Assembly: GCA_964230645.1 (NCBI GenBank) | Contig: CAXRHT010000002.1 | Coordinates: forward strand, 544,001 to 608,000 | DNA from: Bdellovibrionales bacterium | GTDB taxonomy: Bacteria; Bdellovibrionota; Bdellovibrionia; Bdellovibrionales; JAGQZY01 | Length of the DNA stretch: 64,000 bases | Direction: 5' to 3' | Shown: in pieces, positions 19,768-29,270 of the stretch | Numbering within the stretch: position 1 is the first letter of the stretch | Layout: each line of letters opens with the position of its first letter | The notes under the pieces: model-generated | Told to the model about the DNA's origin: nothing | What the model saw: only the letters and a program-made list of their open reading frames with translations | Databases searched by the model: none | Program-made: the position numbers and the translations under genes

Positions 19768-20748
19768 ATGTTTGAATCTTTACTGGGTAATATCACCCAT
19801 CCACCCATCCTATTTTTCTTTTTAGGAATGGTCGCTGTCCTTTTGAAATCGGACCTAAGCATTCCGCCTGCTATTGGAAAATTTTTCTCCATCTACCTTT
19901 TGTTTGATATCGGCCTGAAAGGAGGAGAGGAACTCTTTCACTCTGGAATCACCACTGAGGTCATAAAAGTGATGGCCATCTGTATGCTGCTCTCTTTTGC
20001 CGTCCCTTGGATGGTCTATAAAATTCTAAGAAAAAAATTAGATATTGAAAATTCGGGAGCGATTGCCGCCACCTATGGCAGCATCAGTGCGGTAACCTTC
20101 GCCACGGCCATTTCATTCTTAAATTCCAAGGGTATTCACTTTGGTGGTTATATGGTGGCAGGTATGGCCCTTATGGAGTCTCCTGCTATTGTCTCTGGCC
20201 TTTTATTAATCGCTATTAACTCAAAACAAGTCAGTGAATCGGGGAAAGGCATCGATTGGAAAAAAGTATTACATGAAGCTTTTTTTAATGGTTCGGTCCT
20301 TTTGCTCGTAGGCTCTCTTGTTATCGGTTATCTCGGCGGCCAACAAGGAGAAGACGAATTAGCTCCTTTCGTGAATGGCATTTTTGCCGGTATGCTCTCC
20401 CTTTATATGTTGGACATGGGACTGACCGCAGGATCTAGATTAGGCTCCTTAAAACAATCGGGCCCCTATTTGGTCGGCTTTGCTCTTATATACCCACTTG
20501 TCGGTGGAATATTAGGTATTGCCTCAGCAGCACTTATAGGACTTGATGCCGGTGACGCACTTCTTCTGACCATACTAGCAGCTAGTGCCTCCTACATCGC
20601 TGTGCCCGCAGCCATGAGAATCTCTGTGCCCAAGGCCAATATGAGCCTACTACTTCCTATGTCCCTTGGAGTCACTTTCACTTTTAATGTGACCATAGGA
20701 ATTCCACTTTTTTACTTTAGCATTGAAAAACTTTGGAGTGTTTTATGA
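19768..20748 (+). CDS. sbtA: SbtA-family sodium-dependent bicarbonate transporter
   Basis: PPILFFFLG, IGLKGG, AATYGSISAVTF, MESPAI, LDMGL, SASYIAVPAAMR, TFTFNVTIGIP; SD GGAG 19758-19761 favours ATG 19768. Confidence 0.93.
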   Translation: MFESLLGNITHPPILFFFLGMVAVLLKSDLSIPPAIGKFFSIYLLFDIGLKGGEELFHSGITTEVIKVMAICMLLSFAVPWMVYKILRKKLDIENSGAIAATYGSISAVTFATAISFLNSKGIHFGGYMVAGMALMESPAIVSGLLLIAINSKQVSESGKGIDWKKVLHEAFFNGSVLLLVGSLVIGYLGGQQGEDELAPFVNGIFAGMLSLYMLDMGLTAGSRLGSLKQSGPYLVGFALIYPLVGGILGIASAALIGLDAGDALLLTILAASASYIAVPAAMRISVPKANMSLLLPMSLGVTFTFNVTIGIPLFYFSIEKLWSVL

Positions 20749-21014
20749 AATACGAATTAAAAATTGTTCACGATCGCCTTATTTCTATTAAACTAGATGA
20801 ATGGACCAAAGAAAACCGCATTGGTGGCTACACCACACTACTCGTGCATCAGTCTTTTGGAGCTCACCATGGGCGTTTCAATCTTGACAATCTGTCAGGT
20901 GAAAAATTCTTGAGTTTGTTGTATTTTGAGGAGAATCAAGAAAATCTAGCAAGAAGAATTAAAGCTGAAATGCAGGCAGAAGACTTCTTTGTGGTCTTAT
21001 CGGAGCTGTTATGA
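20745..21014 (+). CDS. sbtB: Divergent PII-like SbtB protein
   Basis: ATGA-coupled to sbtA; ELKIV...GGYT...FGAHHGR matches the SbtB pattern (KLVIV...KGYTV...GKGSR). Confidence 0.65.
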   Translation: MKYELKIVHDRLISIKLDEWTKENRIGGYTTLLVHQSFGAHHGRFNLDNLSGEKFLSLLYFEENQENLARRIKAEMQAEDFFVVLSELL

Positions 21015-21655
21015 AAAATTACGGACGCCTATTGTTGTTAATCTCTATTCTTTTAACAAGCTCATTGGGTCAAGCCGCCCGATCGAACTCTGGAATGTGG
21101 CTTGGTATTTTTCCTCATTTCAAAATAGCCGATAAGCAAAGAATTTCCCTGCAAGCCGAAGTCCGTAAGATTGGAGAGGAGCCTTTTGCACTGATCCGCC
21201 CCTCATACCACTATAATTTATCCGATTATGTGGTCCTGGGTGCCGGTTATGACCTCTTCACAGTTAGAAACACGGAGCAAAGAGTTTGGCCGGAGGTGGT
21301 CCTTAAAACCGCCTCCCCTGTTCTGAGTCAAAATCTTTCTCTTCGCATAAGGCAGGAGTTTCGCTTTATCAACAAAACGAGTGCCTCAGCCGAGCGACTA
21401 CGGGTCATGCTGCAAACCCATTTTATACTTTCACGCAAACATGGCCTGAGCGCTTTTATCTTCAACGAAGCTTTTTACTCGCAGTCCACCTTCTCAGGTG
21501 GTTCAGGAGACTTTGATCGTAACTGGTTAGGAGCCCGCATGCGCGTTCGAGGCAAAGAGGCCTACTACGAATTTGGTGGATTCTGGGAAAAGGTGAACGA
21601 CGCCACCTACTCGAGTGGCTTTGTTGGCGTGTTGTGGCTTGGTAAAAAGTTTTAA
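21011..21655 (+). CDS. DUF2490-like outer-membrane beta-barrel
   Basis: Signal peptide; GMW, IRP, EQRVW, RQEFRF, RLRV, FNEAF, FDRNWLG motifs; C-terminal F. Confidence 0.78.
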   Translation: MKNYGRLLLLISILLTSSLGQAARSNSGMWLGIFPHFKIADKQRISLQAEVRKIGEEPFALIRPSYHYNLSDYVVLGAGYDLFTVRNTEQRVWPEVVLKTASPVLSQNLSLRIRQEFRFINKTSASAERLRVMLQTHFILSRKHGLSAFIFNEAFYSQSTFSGGSGDFDRNWLGARMRVRGKEAYYEFGGFWEKVNDATYSSGFVGVLWLGKKF

Positions 21656-21677
21656 GTTGTTGCCTTTGGCCCCATTT

Positions 21678-21833
21678 TTAAAGGGGGTCTTCCGCCGGAG
21701 AATAATGGATAGCCGGCGGACCTAAAATGTAATTTTTAACTGGATTATCAAAGCTTAAAAACACAATGAGAATAAAAACAGACAGAATAAAAGTGAGTAG
21801 AAGAGACTGTATTATTTTTCTTTTCTTACTCAC
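21678..21833 (-). CDS. Unannotated 51-aa single-TM protein coupled to the RND gene
   Basis: GTG overlaps the RND TGA (GTGA); SD GAGGGAG; MSKKRKIIQSLLLTFILSVFILIVFLSFDNPVKNYILGPPAIHYSPAEDPL*. Confidence 0.65.
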   Translation of the reverse strand: MSKKRKIIQSLLLTFILSVFILIVFLSFDNPVKNYILGPPAIHYSPAEDPL

Positions 21834-24800
21834 TTCTCTCCCTCTTCTCGAATGACGACCCTTTTAGGTTTTATAAGAAGGTGGGCACAAGGCACCAAAT
21901 ACAGAGTGAAGAATGTCGAGAGTAGCACCCCACCGAGCACGGTAAGAGCCATCGGTACCCGCGTCTCACTTCCCGGGCCATAGGAAAGGGCTGGGGGCAC
22001 AGCGGCTGCAAGTGTCGCTGTTGTGGTCATTAAAATCGGACGAAGTCTTGTTGGACAGGCCTCTTTAAGAGCGTTAGCGAGTGTTTGCCCTTGATCTCTT
22101 AATTGATTGGTGAACTCCACAAGTAAGATTGAGTTCTTTTTAACAATTCCCATGGTCAGTAGAATTCCGATCGCACTATAAACATTCAATGACTGCCCCC
22201 CAAGGACCAGGCCAATAAACGAGCCTGTAAGACCAAAGGGAATGGCTATAAACACAATCATTGGATCAATAAAGGAGTTAAATTGAATGGCTAAAACCAT
22301 ATAGGCAATCACTAGACCTAAAAGCATAATAAGGACTGTTTCTAAGAGTTTGCTCTCTGGTGTCTCGTCAAAACGCACATAGTAATCCTCTGGCAGAACA
22401 TCACTGGCAATTTTTCGTACAGCACTGACGGCCTCCCCTAGGCGCACACCTTGTGCTAAGTCAGAGTCCACCCTGAGGCCACGAATACGATCTTCGCGGT
22501 AAATTTGTTGAGGACCTTCGGTTTCAATGACATCGACTACTTCGGTAAGACGCAAAAGCTCTCCCCGATTGTTGCGAATCAAAATTTTACTTAAATCCTC
22601 TTTTCTCTGCCTGTCCTCTTCTTGAAGCTGCACCCAAATATCAAAACGACGGTTACGATCCGTATACTGTCCAGCGACCGTCCCTCCAAAGGTGGCATTG
22701 ACGATATTAGCAATTTCGCTCACCTCTACCCCTCGGGATATTCCCTTTTCTCGGTTGGGCTGAACGTGAACCTCAGGGAGAGTGAGAACATCATCACTTC
22801 TTGTCCCGACCATGAGGTCGGTCGCAAGCATCTTTTTTTGAATTTCGAAAAAATACTCTTTTTGTTTTTCAGGGTCAGGGCCGTTGATGGTAAATTCCAG
22901 AGGACTTCCTCGGCGACCTTGGAAGGGACCACCCGAGCGATCGCGAATAAAAAACTTCATATCCTCTATGGACTTTACTTTTTCGCGCAGATCGGCCCCC
23001 ACTTCAAATTGGCTCAGACTGCGCTCTTCCCGATTTTTTAAAACCACAATTCCAATCCCCCGATTAGATTGCCCTCCGCGCCCAAAGCCTCCGACCGCCA
23101 TATAATAGCGATCAACAGCGGGGTGTTTTGAGACAATGGCTTCAAATTCTTTGACCTTACGTCCAGTGTAGTCAAGGGAGCTACCATCAGGGGCCTGGAA
23201 GCTTGTAAATAAAATTCCGGTGTCTTGTGGTGGAGCAAATTCAGTGGGTAGGACTTTAATAAAGTAAAGAGATCCAACAAAGACAAGAATCGAAGTGACT
23301 ATAGGCATCCACGGTCGAGCCAAACAAGCATTGAGTGTTCGACTGTAAAAGCGAGTCAATCCTTCCATGGTTTTCTCAAAGAACCTTCCAAACCAAGTGG
23401 TTCGCTCTTCGAGTTTTAAAAACTGGGAGCAACGCATAGGCGCAAGAGTGAGAGCTTCTAGAGAACTCAAACAAACAGCGACAGCAATCGTCACGGCAAA
23501 TTCAAAAAAGAAACGACCCTCAATAGAATTCATAAAAGTAATGGGCACAAAAATCGATACCAAGGCTGCGGTGGTCGCAATCACAGCAAAAGAAATTTCT
23601 CTAGAACCTTTAAAAGCCGCGTTGATGCGATCCCACCCCATTTGCATATAGCGCACGATATTTTCGAGCATAATAATGGCATCATCAACGACCACCCCAA
23701 TAGCAAGGGCTAAACCAAGAAGGGAGAAAGTATTAAGAGTAAATCCAAAGAGCTTTATAAAAATAAAGGTTCCTATAATGGCTGTAGGAATCGCTAAAAG
23801 AATATTGATCGTGGCCGACCAAGAGCCTAGAAAAATCCAACAGACAAGAGAGGTTAAAAAAGCTGAGAGAAAAAGGGTATAAATCAGTTCATTGACCGAA
23901 TCTCGAATAAACTGGGTGCGATCAAAATTGATATCAAGGACCGTTCCCTCAGGAAGGTCTTTATTGATTTCTTTGATCCTTTGTTTGACTAGATCCGCTG
24001 TAGCCACAGCGTTGACTCCCGTTTGCTTTTGAACGGCCATCCCTAGAGCCCGGCGTCCATTGAAACGCGAAGTTCGTCGAAGATTCTCAATACCTTCATA
24101 AACTTGGGCCACATCTTTTAATCGAAGATCCAAATAATTAGGCACTCCCCCACGGCGAGAGATCACCATATTTTCAAACTCGTCGACCTTCTCGGCCTCC
24201 CCCATAAGTCTCATATTTTTTTCTTGGTCTTTGAATTCGAGTCGACCGGCAGGAAGCTCCTGATGCTCTCTTGCCACACTACTAACGATGTCACCAGCTG
24301 TGAGCTGATAGCGGCGCAATTTCTCGGCGTTCAAATCGACTCTTAAAAGAGGTTCATGATATCCAAAGGCTCTCGTCTCGGCTACACCCTCAACCGTTGA
24401 TATGCGGTCTCTAATACGGTCTCGATAAAGAATCATAAGCTCACGGTCACTCAGGGTGTCGGAACTCACGTTTAAATACATGAGCGGCTCATCGGCAGCA
24501 TTGGATTTTGTCACAACAGGCGGATCAACTGCATCCGGTAACTCCCTTTGCGCTCTTCCCAGCAAGGTTTGAACTTCTTGCAGAGCAAAATCAATATCTC
24601 GATCGATATTAAATTCTAACGTAATGTTGGCTGTTCCCCGATCAGCCGTAGCCGTTATATTGCGAATGCCTTCCATAGACACCAGAACATTCTCGGCACT
24701 TTCAATCACATCTTTTTCGATAATTTCTGGAGTGGCACCGTCGTAGCCGTAACTAATTGTGATTGTGGGAAAGTCCACATCAGGGTTGTCATTGATTCCA

Positions 24801-24895
24801 ATGGTTCGAAAGGAGATGGCGCCGAAAAAAATTAGGGCGAACATTATAATCCAGGCAAAAACAGGACGGCGGATTGAAAGACTCGACAGACTCAA
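21830..24895 (-). CDS. RND efflux transporter (AcrB/AcrD/AcrF family)
   Basis: SIRRPVFAW, PDVDFP, GVVVDDAIIMLENI, GIVKKNSILLVEF, RLRPILMTT. Confidence 0.96.
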   Translation of the reverse strand: MSLSSLSIRRPVFAWIIMFALIFFGAISFRTIGINDNPDVDFPTITISYGYDGATPEIIEKDVIESAENVLVSMEGIRNITATADRGTANITLEFNIDRDIDFALQEVQTLLGRAQRELPDAVDPPVVTKSNAADEPLMYLNVSSDTLSDRELMILYRDRIRDRISTVEGVAETRAFGYHEPLLRVDLNAEKLRRYQLTAGDIVSSVAREHQELPAGRLEFKDQEKNMRLMGEAEKVDEFENMVISRRGGVPNYLDLRLKDVAQVYEGIENLRRTSRFNGRRALGMAVQKQTGVNAVATADLVKQRIKEINKDLPEGTVLDINFDRTQFIRDSVNELIYTLFLSAFLTSLVCWIFLGSWSATINILLAIPTAIIGTFIFIKLFGFTLNTFSLLGLALAIGVVVDDAIIMLENIVRYMQMGWDRINAAFKGSREISFAVIATTAALVSIFVPITFMNSIEGRFFFEFAVTIAVAVCLSSLEALTLAPMRCSQFLKLEERTTWFGRFFEKTMEGLTRFYSRTLNACLARPWMPIVTSILVFVGSLYFIKVLPTEFAPPQDTGILFTSFQAPDGSSLDYTGRKVKEFEAIVSKHPAVDRYYMAVGGFGRGGQSNRGIGIVVLKNREERSLSQFEVGADLREKVKSIEDMKFFIRDRSGGPFQGRRGSPLEFTINGPDPEKQKEYFFEIQKKMLATDLMVGTRSDDVLTLPEVHVQPNREKGISRGVEVSEIANIVNATFGGTVAGQYTDRNRRFDIWVQLQEEDRQRKEDLSKILIRNNRGELLRLTEVVDVIETEGPQQIYREDRIRGLRVDSDLAQGVRLGEAVSAVRKIASDVLPEDYYVRFDETPESKLLETVLIMLLGLVIAYMVLAIQFNSFIDPMIVFIAIPFGLTGSFIGLVLGGQSLNVYSAIGILLTMGIVKKNSILLVEFTNQLRDQGQTLANALKEACPTRLRPILMTTTATLAAAVPPALSYGPGSETRVPMALTVLGGVLLSTFFTLYLVPCAHLLIKPKRVVIREEGEK

Positions 24896-26133
24896 CGGAC
24901 ACGTCCTTTGGGGATGTCACCCACCAGGGCTTTCATTTGGGCCCATGTCATTTTCGTTTCAAAAATCTGTTGGGAGTAGGTTTTTCTAACGGCCAAGTAA
25001 TTGTCTAGAACTTGCAAAGCGTCCAGATCACTGACAAGTCCTCGGTCGGCTTCTTTTTGATGTTCTTGATAATTTTTCCGGGCCACTTTAACGGCCTCTT
25101 CAAACTGGTTCAAAGTTTTTTGATGGAGGAAGAATTGTTCTTTTAAAGAATCAAACTCAATTCGTTGTGAGCGTTTGATATCCACCAATTGAGCTTTGAT
25201 TTGTTTGGCCTGAAGTTTTCGAATTTGAATTTCTGAGGAATCGTTTCCTCCCTCATAGAGCTCCCACCTTGCATTGAGGGTAATATCCCAAGAGGAGTCC
25301 TGCAAAATCCCCGCGCGGTCTAAATAATAGTTGGCATTAGCATCCACTGTAGGAAGGTAAGAGCCTCGAGCGGAGGCAACCGCCCGCTCAGCATTTTCTA
25401 ATAAAATTTCTGTGGCTTTAACTTGCGGTGTTTCCCCAATCTGATTCTCCCAATTGTTTTTATAAGAGATTTTCCCGGGGTCTTGGTAATCAATCAGTTG
25501 AGGCTTTGTCTCTAACCCACAAAGAGTCTTCAGCTGATTAATGAAAACAATTTTTTGCCTTTCACTTTGTGATCTCTCCGCCAAAATTCGAGAAAGTTGA
25601 GACTGAGCGGCCAGAAGTTCGGTGGGTTTACTGCGTCCAATATTCACTCGGGACTTAAGAGTTCGAACTCGGTCCCTTAGAGACTTTTCCTGATCCAAAT
25701 AAATTTCCACGTCTTTCTGGGCCCGAAGGGCTTGATAAAAAGCCTGGGCCACCTGGGCAAAGAGAAGACGCAATTGCCTTCTCTTTTCTAACTCAGCAAT
25801 CTTGGGAAGCCTTTTGGCAATAGCAAGGTTGTAGTACTCCGAGCCCCCCTGAAACAGGGGTTGCGAGAGTGAAAGAAAAGCGGTGTGCTGGTAGGCTTCA
25901 CCAAAAGGACCCACATCCGCTTGATCTCGCCATACATTATTGGAGTTTGCTGATATGGTGGGAAGGACTTGAGCGTAGGCCTGATCTTTTTGTTCTTCAG
26001 CAATCTCAGTGGCCCACTCTCTTTCCCGAATGGTGGCTGTATTTTCAACGGCCGCCTGAAAAAAATCCTCGAGCGTTTGCGCCTCACCCCTCAGAGTCAC
26101 CCACTGTAAAAGAACCAGGAAAAAAGCAAACAT
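24892..26133 (-). CDS. TolC-family outer-membrane efflux protein
   Basis: Signal peptide, LPTIS, LSQPLFQGG, YLPTVD, WELYEGG repeats; overlaps the RND start. Confidence 0.9.
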   Translation of the reverse strand: MFAFFLVLLQWVTLRGEAQTLEDFFQAAVENTATIREREWATEIAEEQKDQAYAQVLPTISANSNNVWRDQADVGPFGEAYQHTAFLSLSQPLFQGGSEYYNLAIAKRLPKIAELEKRRQLRLLFAQVAQAFYQALRAQKDVEIYLDQEKSLRDRVRTLKSRVNIGRSKPTELLAAQSQLSRILAERSQSERQKIVFINQLKTLCGLETKPQLIDYQDPGKISYKNNWENQIGETPQVKATEILLENAERAVASARGSYLPTVDANANYYLDRAGILQDSSWDITLNARWELYEGGNDSSEIQIRKLQAKQIKAQLVDIKRSQRIEFDSLKEQFFLHQKTLNQFEEAVKVARKNYQEHQKEADRGLVSDLDALQVLDNYLAVRKTYSQQIFETKMTWAQMKALVGDIPKGRVR

Positions 26134-26248
26134 AGCACCCTTTTAAAAGTCTTGTGATCGAAATTAAATCACTTGATTGAACATAGCACAGTCGCCCTCT
26201 TTTTAGATTCATCTTGGCGCTCTTGGCCCCTTGTGTTAGATAGCCGAC

Positions 26249-27124
26249 ATGGAAACTGGACCCCAAAAAAATATTTCTCAAATCAGCTATCAAGAGCTTT
26301 TTAAGGATTTGTTTGAGGCTGTCACCGACCTTGAAAAAAAATGGTTCAAAACCTGTCGGGACCTCTTACTAGTGCCAGAGAAAGTCATCCATTCCTACTT
26401 GAACGAAGGCAAGACCCAGTATTTTTCTGTGTTCCGCTTTTTCCTGATGTCTTTGTTTCTTTCCTTTATGGCTTATTTGTTTTTTTACCAGCCCGTGAAA
26501 ATTGGGGGCCCTCTTTATAACGACCTGCTAGAGGGCTTCAAGCAAGGGGTGGGCCTGAAAGGAGCCGAGGCGAAAAGAAATTATGTGATCGATATAGAGA
26601 AATACAATTTTTTCTTCACCCAGTTTAGCGAACTCTTTACCAGGGTAACAAAACTTCTCTCGGCTCTGATTATTCCCTCACTTCTTGTGGGAATTTTTTT
26701 ATTTTTTAGAAAAAGGCAGTTTAACTTTGCTTCCCTTTTGGTGATCTCTCTTTTTTTAGGGGCGCAAGCTTCACTTATTGGGGCTGTGACTTTAACCCTC
26801 ATTGGCCTTTCGATGAGTGGCGTTTTTGAGGGCTCGGTTGAAATCAGCCTTTTCGTTCTTTTTGTGGAATCTCTTTATTTTCTCTACGCTCTTTACCGAA
26901 TCAACCGTGGTGAAATCTCAAAGCCCTTTCTTAGAAGTTTTGGAGCCACTGTCTTTTTGACCTCTTTTTACAGCCTCATGTCGATGGTGGCGGCGATTTT
27001 CGTCTATCTCTACGTGGGTTCTACCACCCCTAGCTTTTTAGTTAAAACCTACTCGGTTCCCGAGAGCAAAGCGCCCGTTCAAGAAAGCCCTTTTTACCCT
27101 GGTGAGGAAAAGCTCGCTCAATAA
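26249..27124 (+). CDS. DUF3667-like membrane protein
   Basis: FKTCRDLLLVPEKVIHSYLNEGKTQYFSVFRFFL followed by multiple TMs. Confidence 0.72.
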   Translation: METGPQKNISQISYQELFKDLFEAVTDLEKKWFKTCRDLLLVPEKVIHSYLNEGKTQYFSVFRFFLMSLFLSFMAYLFFYQPVKIGGPLYNDLLEGFKQGVGLKGAEAKRNYVIDIEKYNFFFTQFSELFTRVTKLLSALIIPSLLVGIFLFFRKRQFNFASLLVISLFLGAQASLIGAVTLTLIGLSMSGVFEGSVEISLFVLFVESLYFLYALYRINRGEISKPFLRSFGATVFLTSFYSLMSMVAAIFVYLYVGSTTPSFLVKTYSVPESKAPVQESPFYPGEEKLAQ

Positions 27125-27292
27125 TGCGAGGTATAATGATGGAAGAGCAGGTTTCCACTGTCCTCCTGATTGTTTTTTTGTGAGGGCAATCTAGGCATTG
27201 GATTTTGAACCCCTGCGCCTGTTCCCTTTTTTGGATTTATGGTAAACCCCTATTCTATTTAAACAAGTTAACACTCTAAAAGGAGAGGAATT

Positions 27293-27898
27293 ATGTTAGT
27301 TGGTCAAAAGGCTCCTGATTTCAAAGCCACCGCTGCGGTTAAAGGGGATTTCAAAGATGTTTCACTCAGTGATTTTAAAGGGAAATACGTTCTAATGTTT
27401 TTCTACCCTTTGGATTTCACATTTGTTTGCCCCACTGAATTGATGGCTTTCCAAAACAAGCTTTCTGAATTCAAAAATCGCAACACCGAAGTGGTTGGTT
27501 GCAGTGTCGACTCTCAGTTCACACACGCCGCTTGGACTTCCACCCCCAATAATAAAGGTGGAATCGAAGGTGTTGAGTACCCTCTTCTTGCCGATGTGGG
27601 TGGTCATATCTCTAAAAAATACGGAGTTCTTGCTGGTGAGTTTGACAACGAAGACGAATCCTACACTCCAGCCAATGTTTCTTACCGTGGAATGTTCTTA
27701 ATTGATAAAAAAGGCATTGTGCGCGCTCAGGTAATTACTGATGAGCCGGTTGGAAGAAACGTAGACGAAGCCCTTCGTCTTGTGGATGCTCTGCAGTTTT
27801 TTGAAGAGAACGGCACGGTTTGTCCTGCGAACTGGCAAAAAGGCGATCAAGGTCTCAAGAAAACCCAAAAAGACTTGGGTGAGTATCTTTCAAAGTAA
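27293..27898 (+). CDS. ahpC: 2-Cys peroxiredoxin (AhpC/Prx1)
   Basis: FFYPLDFTFVCPTE, GRNVDEALR, VCPANW. Confidence 0.96.
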   Translation: MLVGQKAPDFKATAAVKGDFKDVSLSDFKGKYVLMFFYPLDFTFVCPTELMAFQNKLSEFKNRNTEVVGCSVDSQFTHAAWTSTPNNKGGIEGVEYPLLADVGGHISKKYGVLAGEFDNEDESYTPANVSYRGMFLIDKKGIVRAQVITDEPVGRNVDEALRLVDALQFFEENGTVCPANWQKGDQGLKKTQKDLGEYLSK

Positions 27899-27926
27899 GG
27901 AAGCTCTATCTCAGCTTCGTTTATCA

Positions 27927-27954
27927 AAAGGCTCTTCATGGAAGGGCCTTTTTT
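27927..27954 (+). terminator. Intrinsic terminator after ahpC
   Basis: AAAGGCTCTTC-ATG-GAAGGGCCTTTTTT. Confidence 0.75.
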
Positions 27955-28765
27955 ATTTTACCTGATCAAGAAAAAACTGATTGAGTTTCTCTTCGTAAAA
28001 CCACCAAGTTTTGACAATGCTCCAAAAGTGACTAGAGTCGAATTCGTAGAGAGGCTCCGGGTTGAAAGCTTCCACCCAGTTTTTTTGATGCTCTGTTTTG
28101 ACCGTCTCGTCTTTGTTGGCGACAACAAGAGCTAGGCTTTTATTAGAAATGACTTCTTGATAGTTAAGTGCGTCCAGGTCGTCATCAATATTGGCGTTGA
28201 GTGCCTGGGCGTACTCCTCAGTGGATTCAAAACCAAACTTTTCTTTTCGTTTTTTACGGTACTCCTTGAGCGTGGATTCATCGGAGGTGGCAATCACTTC
28301 GTGAATGGGGCCCCCACCCGCGATTAAAAAACCGGCTTTGAGCTTTTCATGGCGACCAAGAGCTGTTGCACTATGAAGGGCTCCAACACTGGTTCCAACA
28401 ATTCCCATAAATGGAGCAGAAAAATTTTTTAAAACCGTATCGATGGCCTCTTGCCCACGGGAAAGGAGTTGTTGGTGGATTTCAAGAGATAGGGATTCTT
28501 CCCCTAGGCCCTGCCAGCCCTCGATGATCAAGGCTTCAAAACCACTCTGACAAAGACTGCCAGCATACTGTCGATCCAGAAAGTTACTTCCTCCTGTTGG
28601 GGGCATGATAAGAATCAGTCCCAATGAGTTTTCTGGAGAATAATAAGAAACTTTCACCTTATTGCTGCCTAGAACCATATCCTCGGCCCTACAGGAGGAG
28701 TGGCTTTTAGAAGCGCAACCCAGGTTAAACATGAGCAGACAAACGAACAGGCGAAAGTTTTTCAT
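27953..28765 (-). CDS. Alpha/beta hydrolase lipoprotein
   Basis: Lipobox LGC; GTSVG nucleophile; Asp (KDETV) and His (SSHF). Confidence 0.8.
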   Translation of the reverse strand: MKNFRLFVCLLMFNLGCASKSHSSCRAEDMVLGSNKVKVSYYSPENSLGLILIMPPTGGSNFLDRQYAGSLCQSGFEALIIEGWQGLGEESLSLEIHQQLLSRGQEAIDTVLKNFSAPFMGIVGTSVGALHSATALGRHEKLKAGFLIAGGGPIHEVIATSDESTLKEYRKKRKEKFGFESTEEYAQALNANIDDDLDALNYQEVISNKSLALVVANKDETVKTEHQKNWVEAFNPEPLYEFDSSHFWSIVKTWWFYEEKLNQFFLDQVK

Positions 28766-28782
28766 AAGGTCTTACTAACAGA

Positions 28783-29139
28783 TTAAGACTTGGCTTGCCA
28801 GGAAAGACACCAGCCTTTTGACTTCACAAGCTTACCTTTAAAAATTTGGCAGGGAGCCATTTCTGCTTTCTTAAGTGCTTCTTTTCCAAGAGGGGCACAG
28901 TCTTTATCACCTTGCATACACACATTGTATTTTGCACAGTTGTTACAGAAAGCTTTTTTGTCTGATCTCATCTTCGAAGCTTTGCTGGCATCATGCTTAT
29001 ATTGCATGGCATTGGCGAGAGTATCTTTCTCACTGATCAGCTCCATTTTGGATTTCTTTTTACCTGCTAAGGCCACATTGGGAAAAAGGGCTAAAAGAGG
29101 AAGGCTACCAAGAGCTTTGAGGGATGTTCTACGATTCAT
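28783..29139 (-). CDS. High-potential iron-sulfur protein (HiPIP), Tat-exported
   Basis: MNRRTSLK Tat signal; CNNC...CQIF.GK.V...GWC HiPIP ligand pattern. Confidence 0.88.
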   Translation of the reverse strand: MNRRTSLKALGSLPLLALFPNVALAGKKKSKMELISEKDTLANAMQYKHDASKASKMRSDKKAFCNNCAKYNVCMQGDKDCAPLGKEALKKAEMAPCQIFKGKLVKSKGWCLSWQAKS

Positions 29140-29270
29140 GGGATCTCCTTTTTTTCGAATTCCCTAGAAAGTTAAGTGCAAGTCAAATGAAAATCAATCG
29201 ATCACGCGCCGTATAGGATCGTTTACATGGCCTTGAACAAAATTACACAATTTGAAGGGGTTCAATGGGA

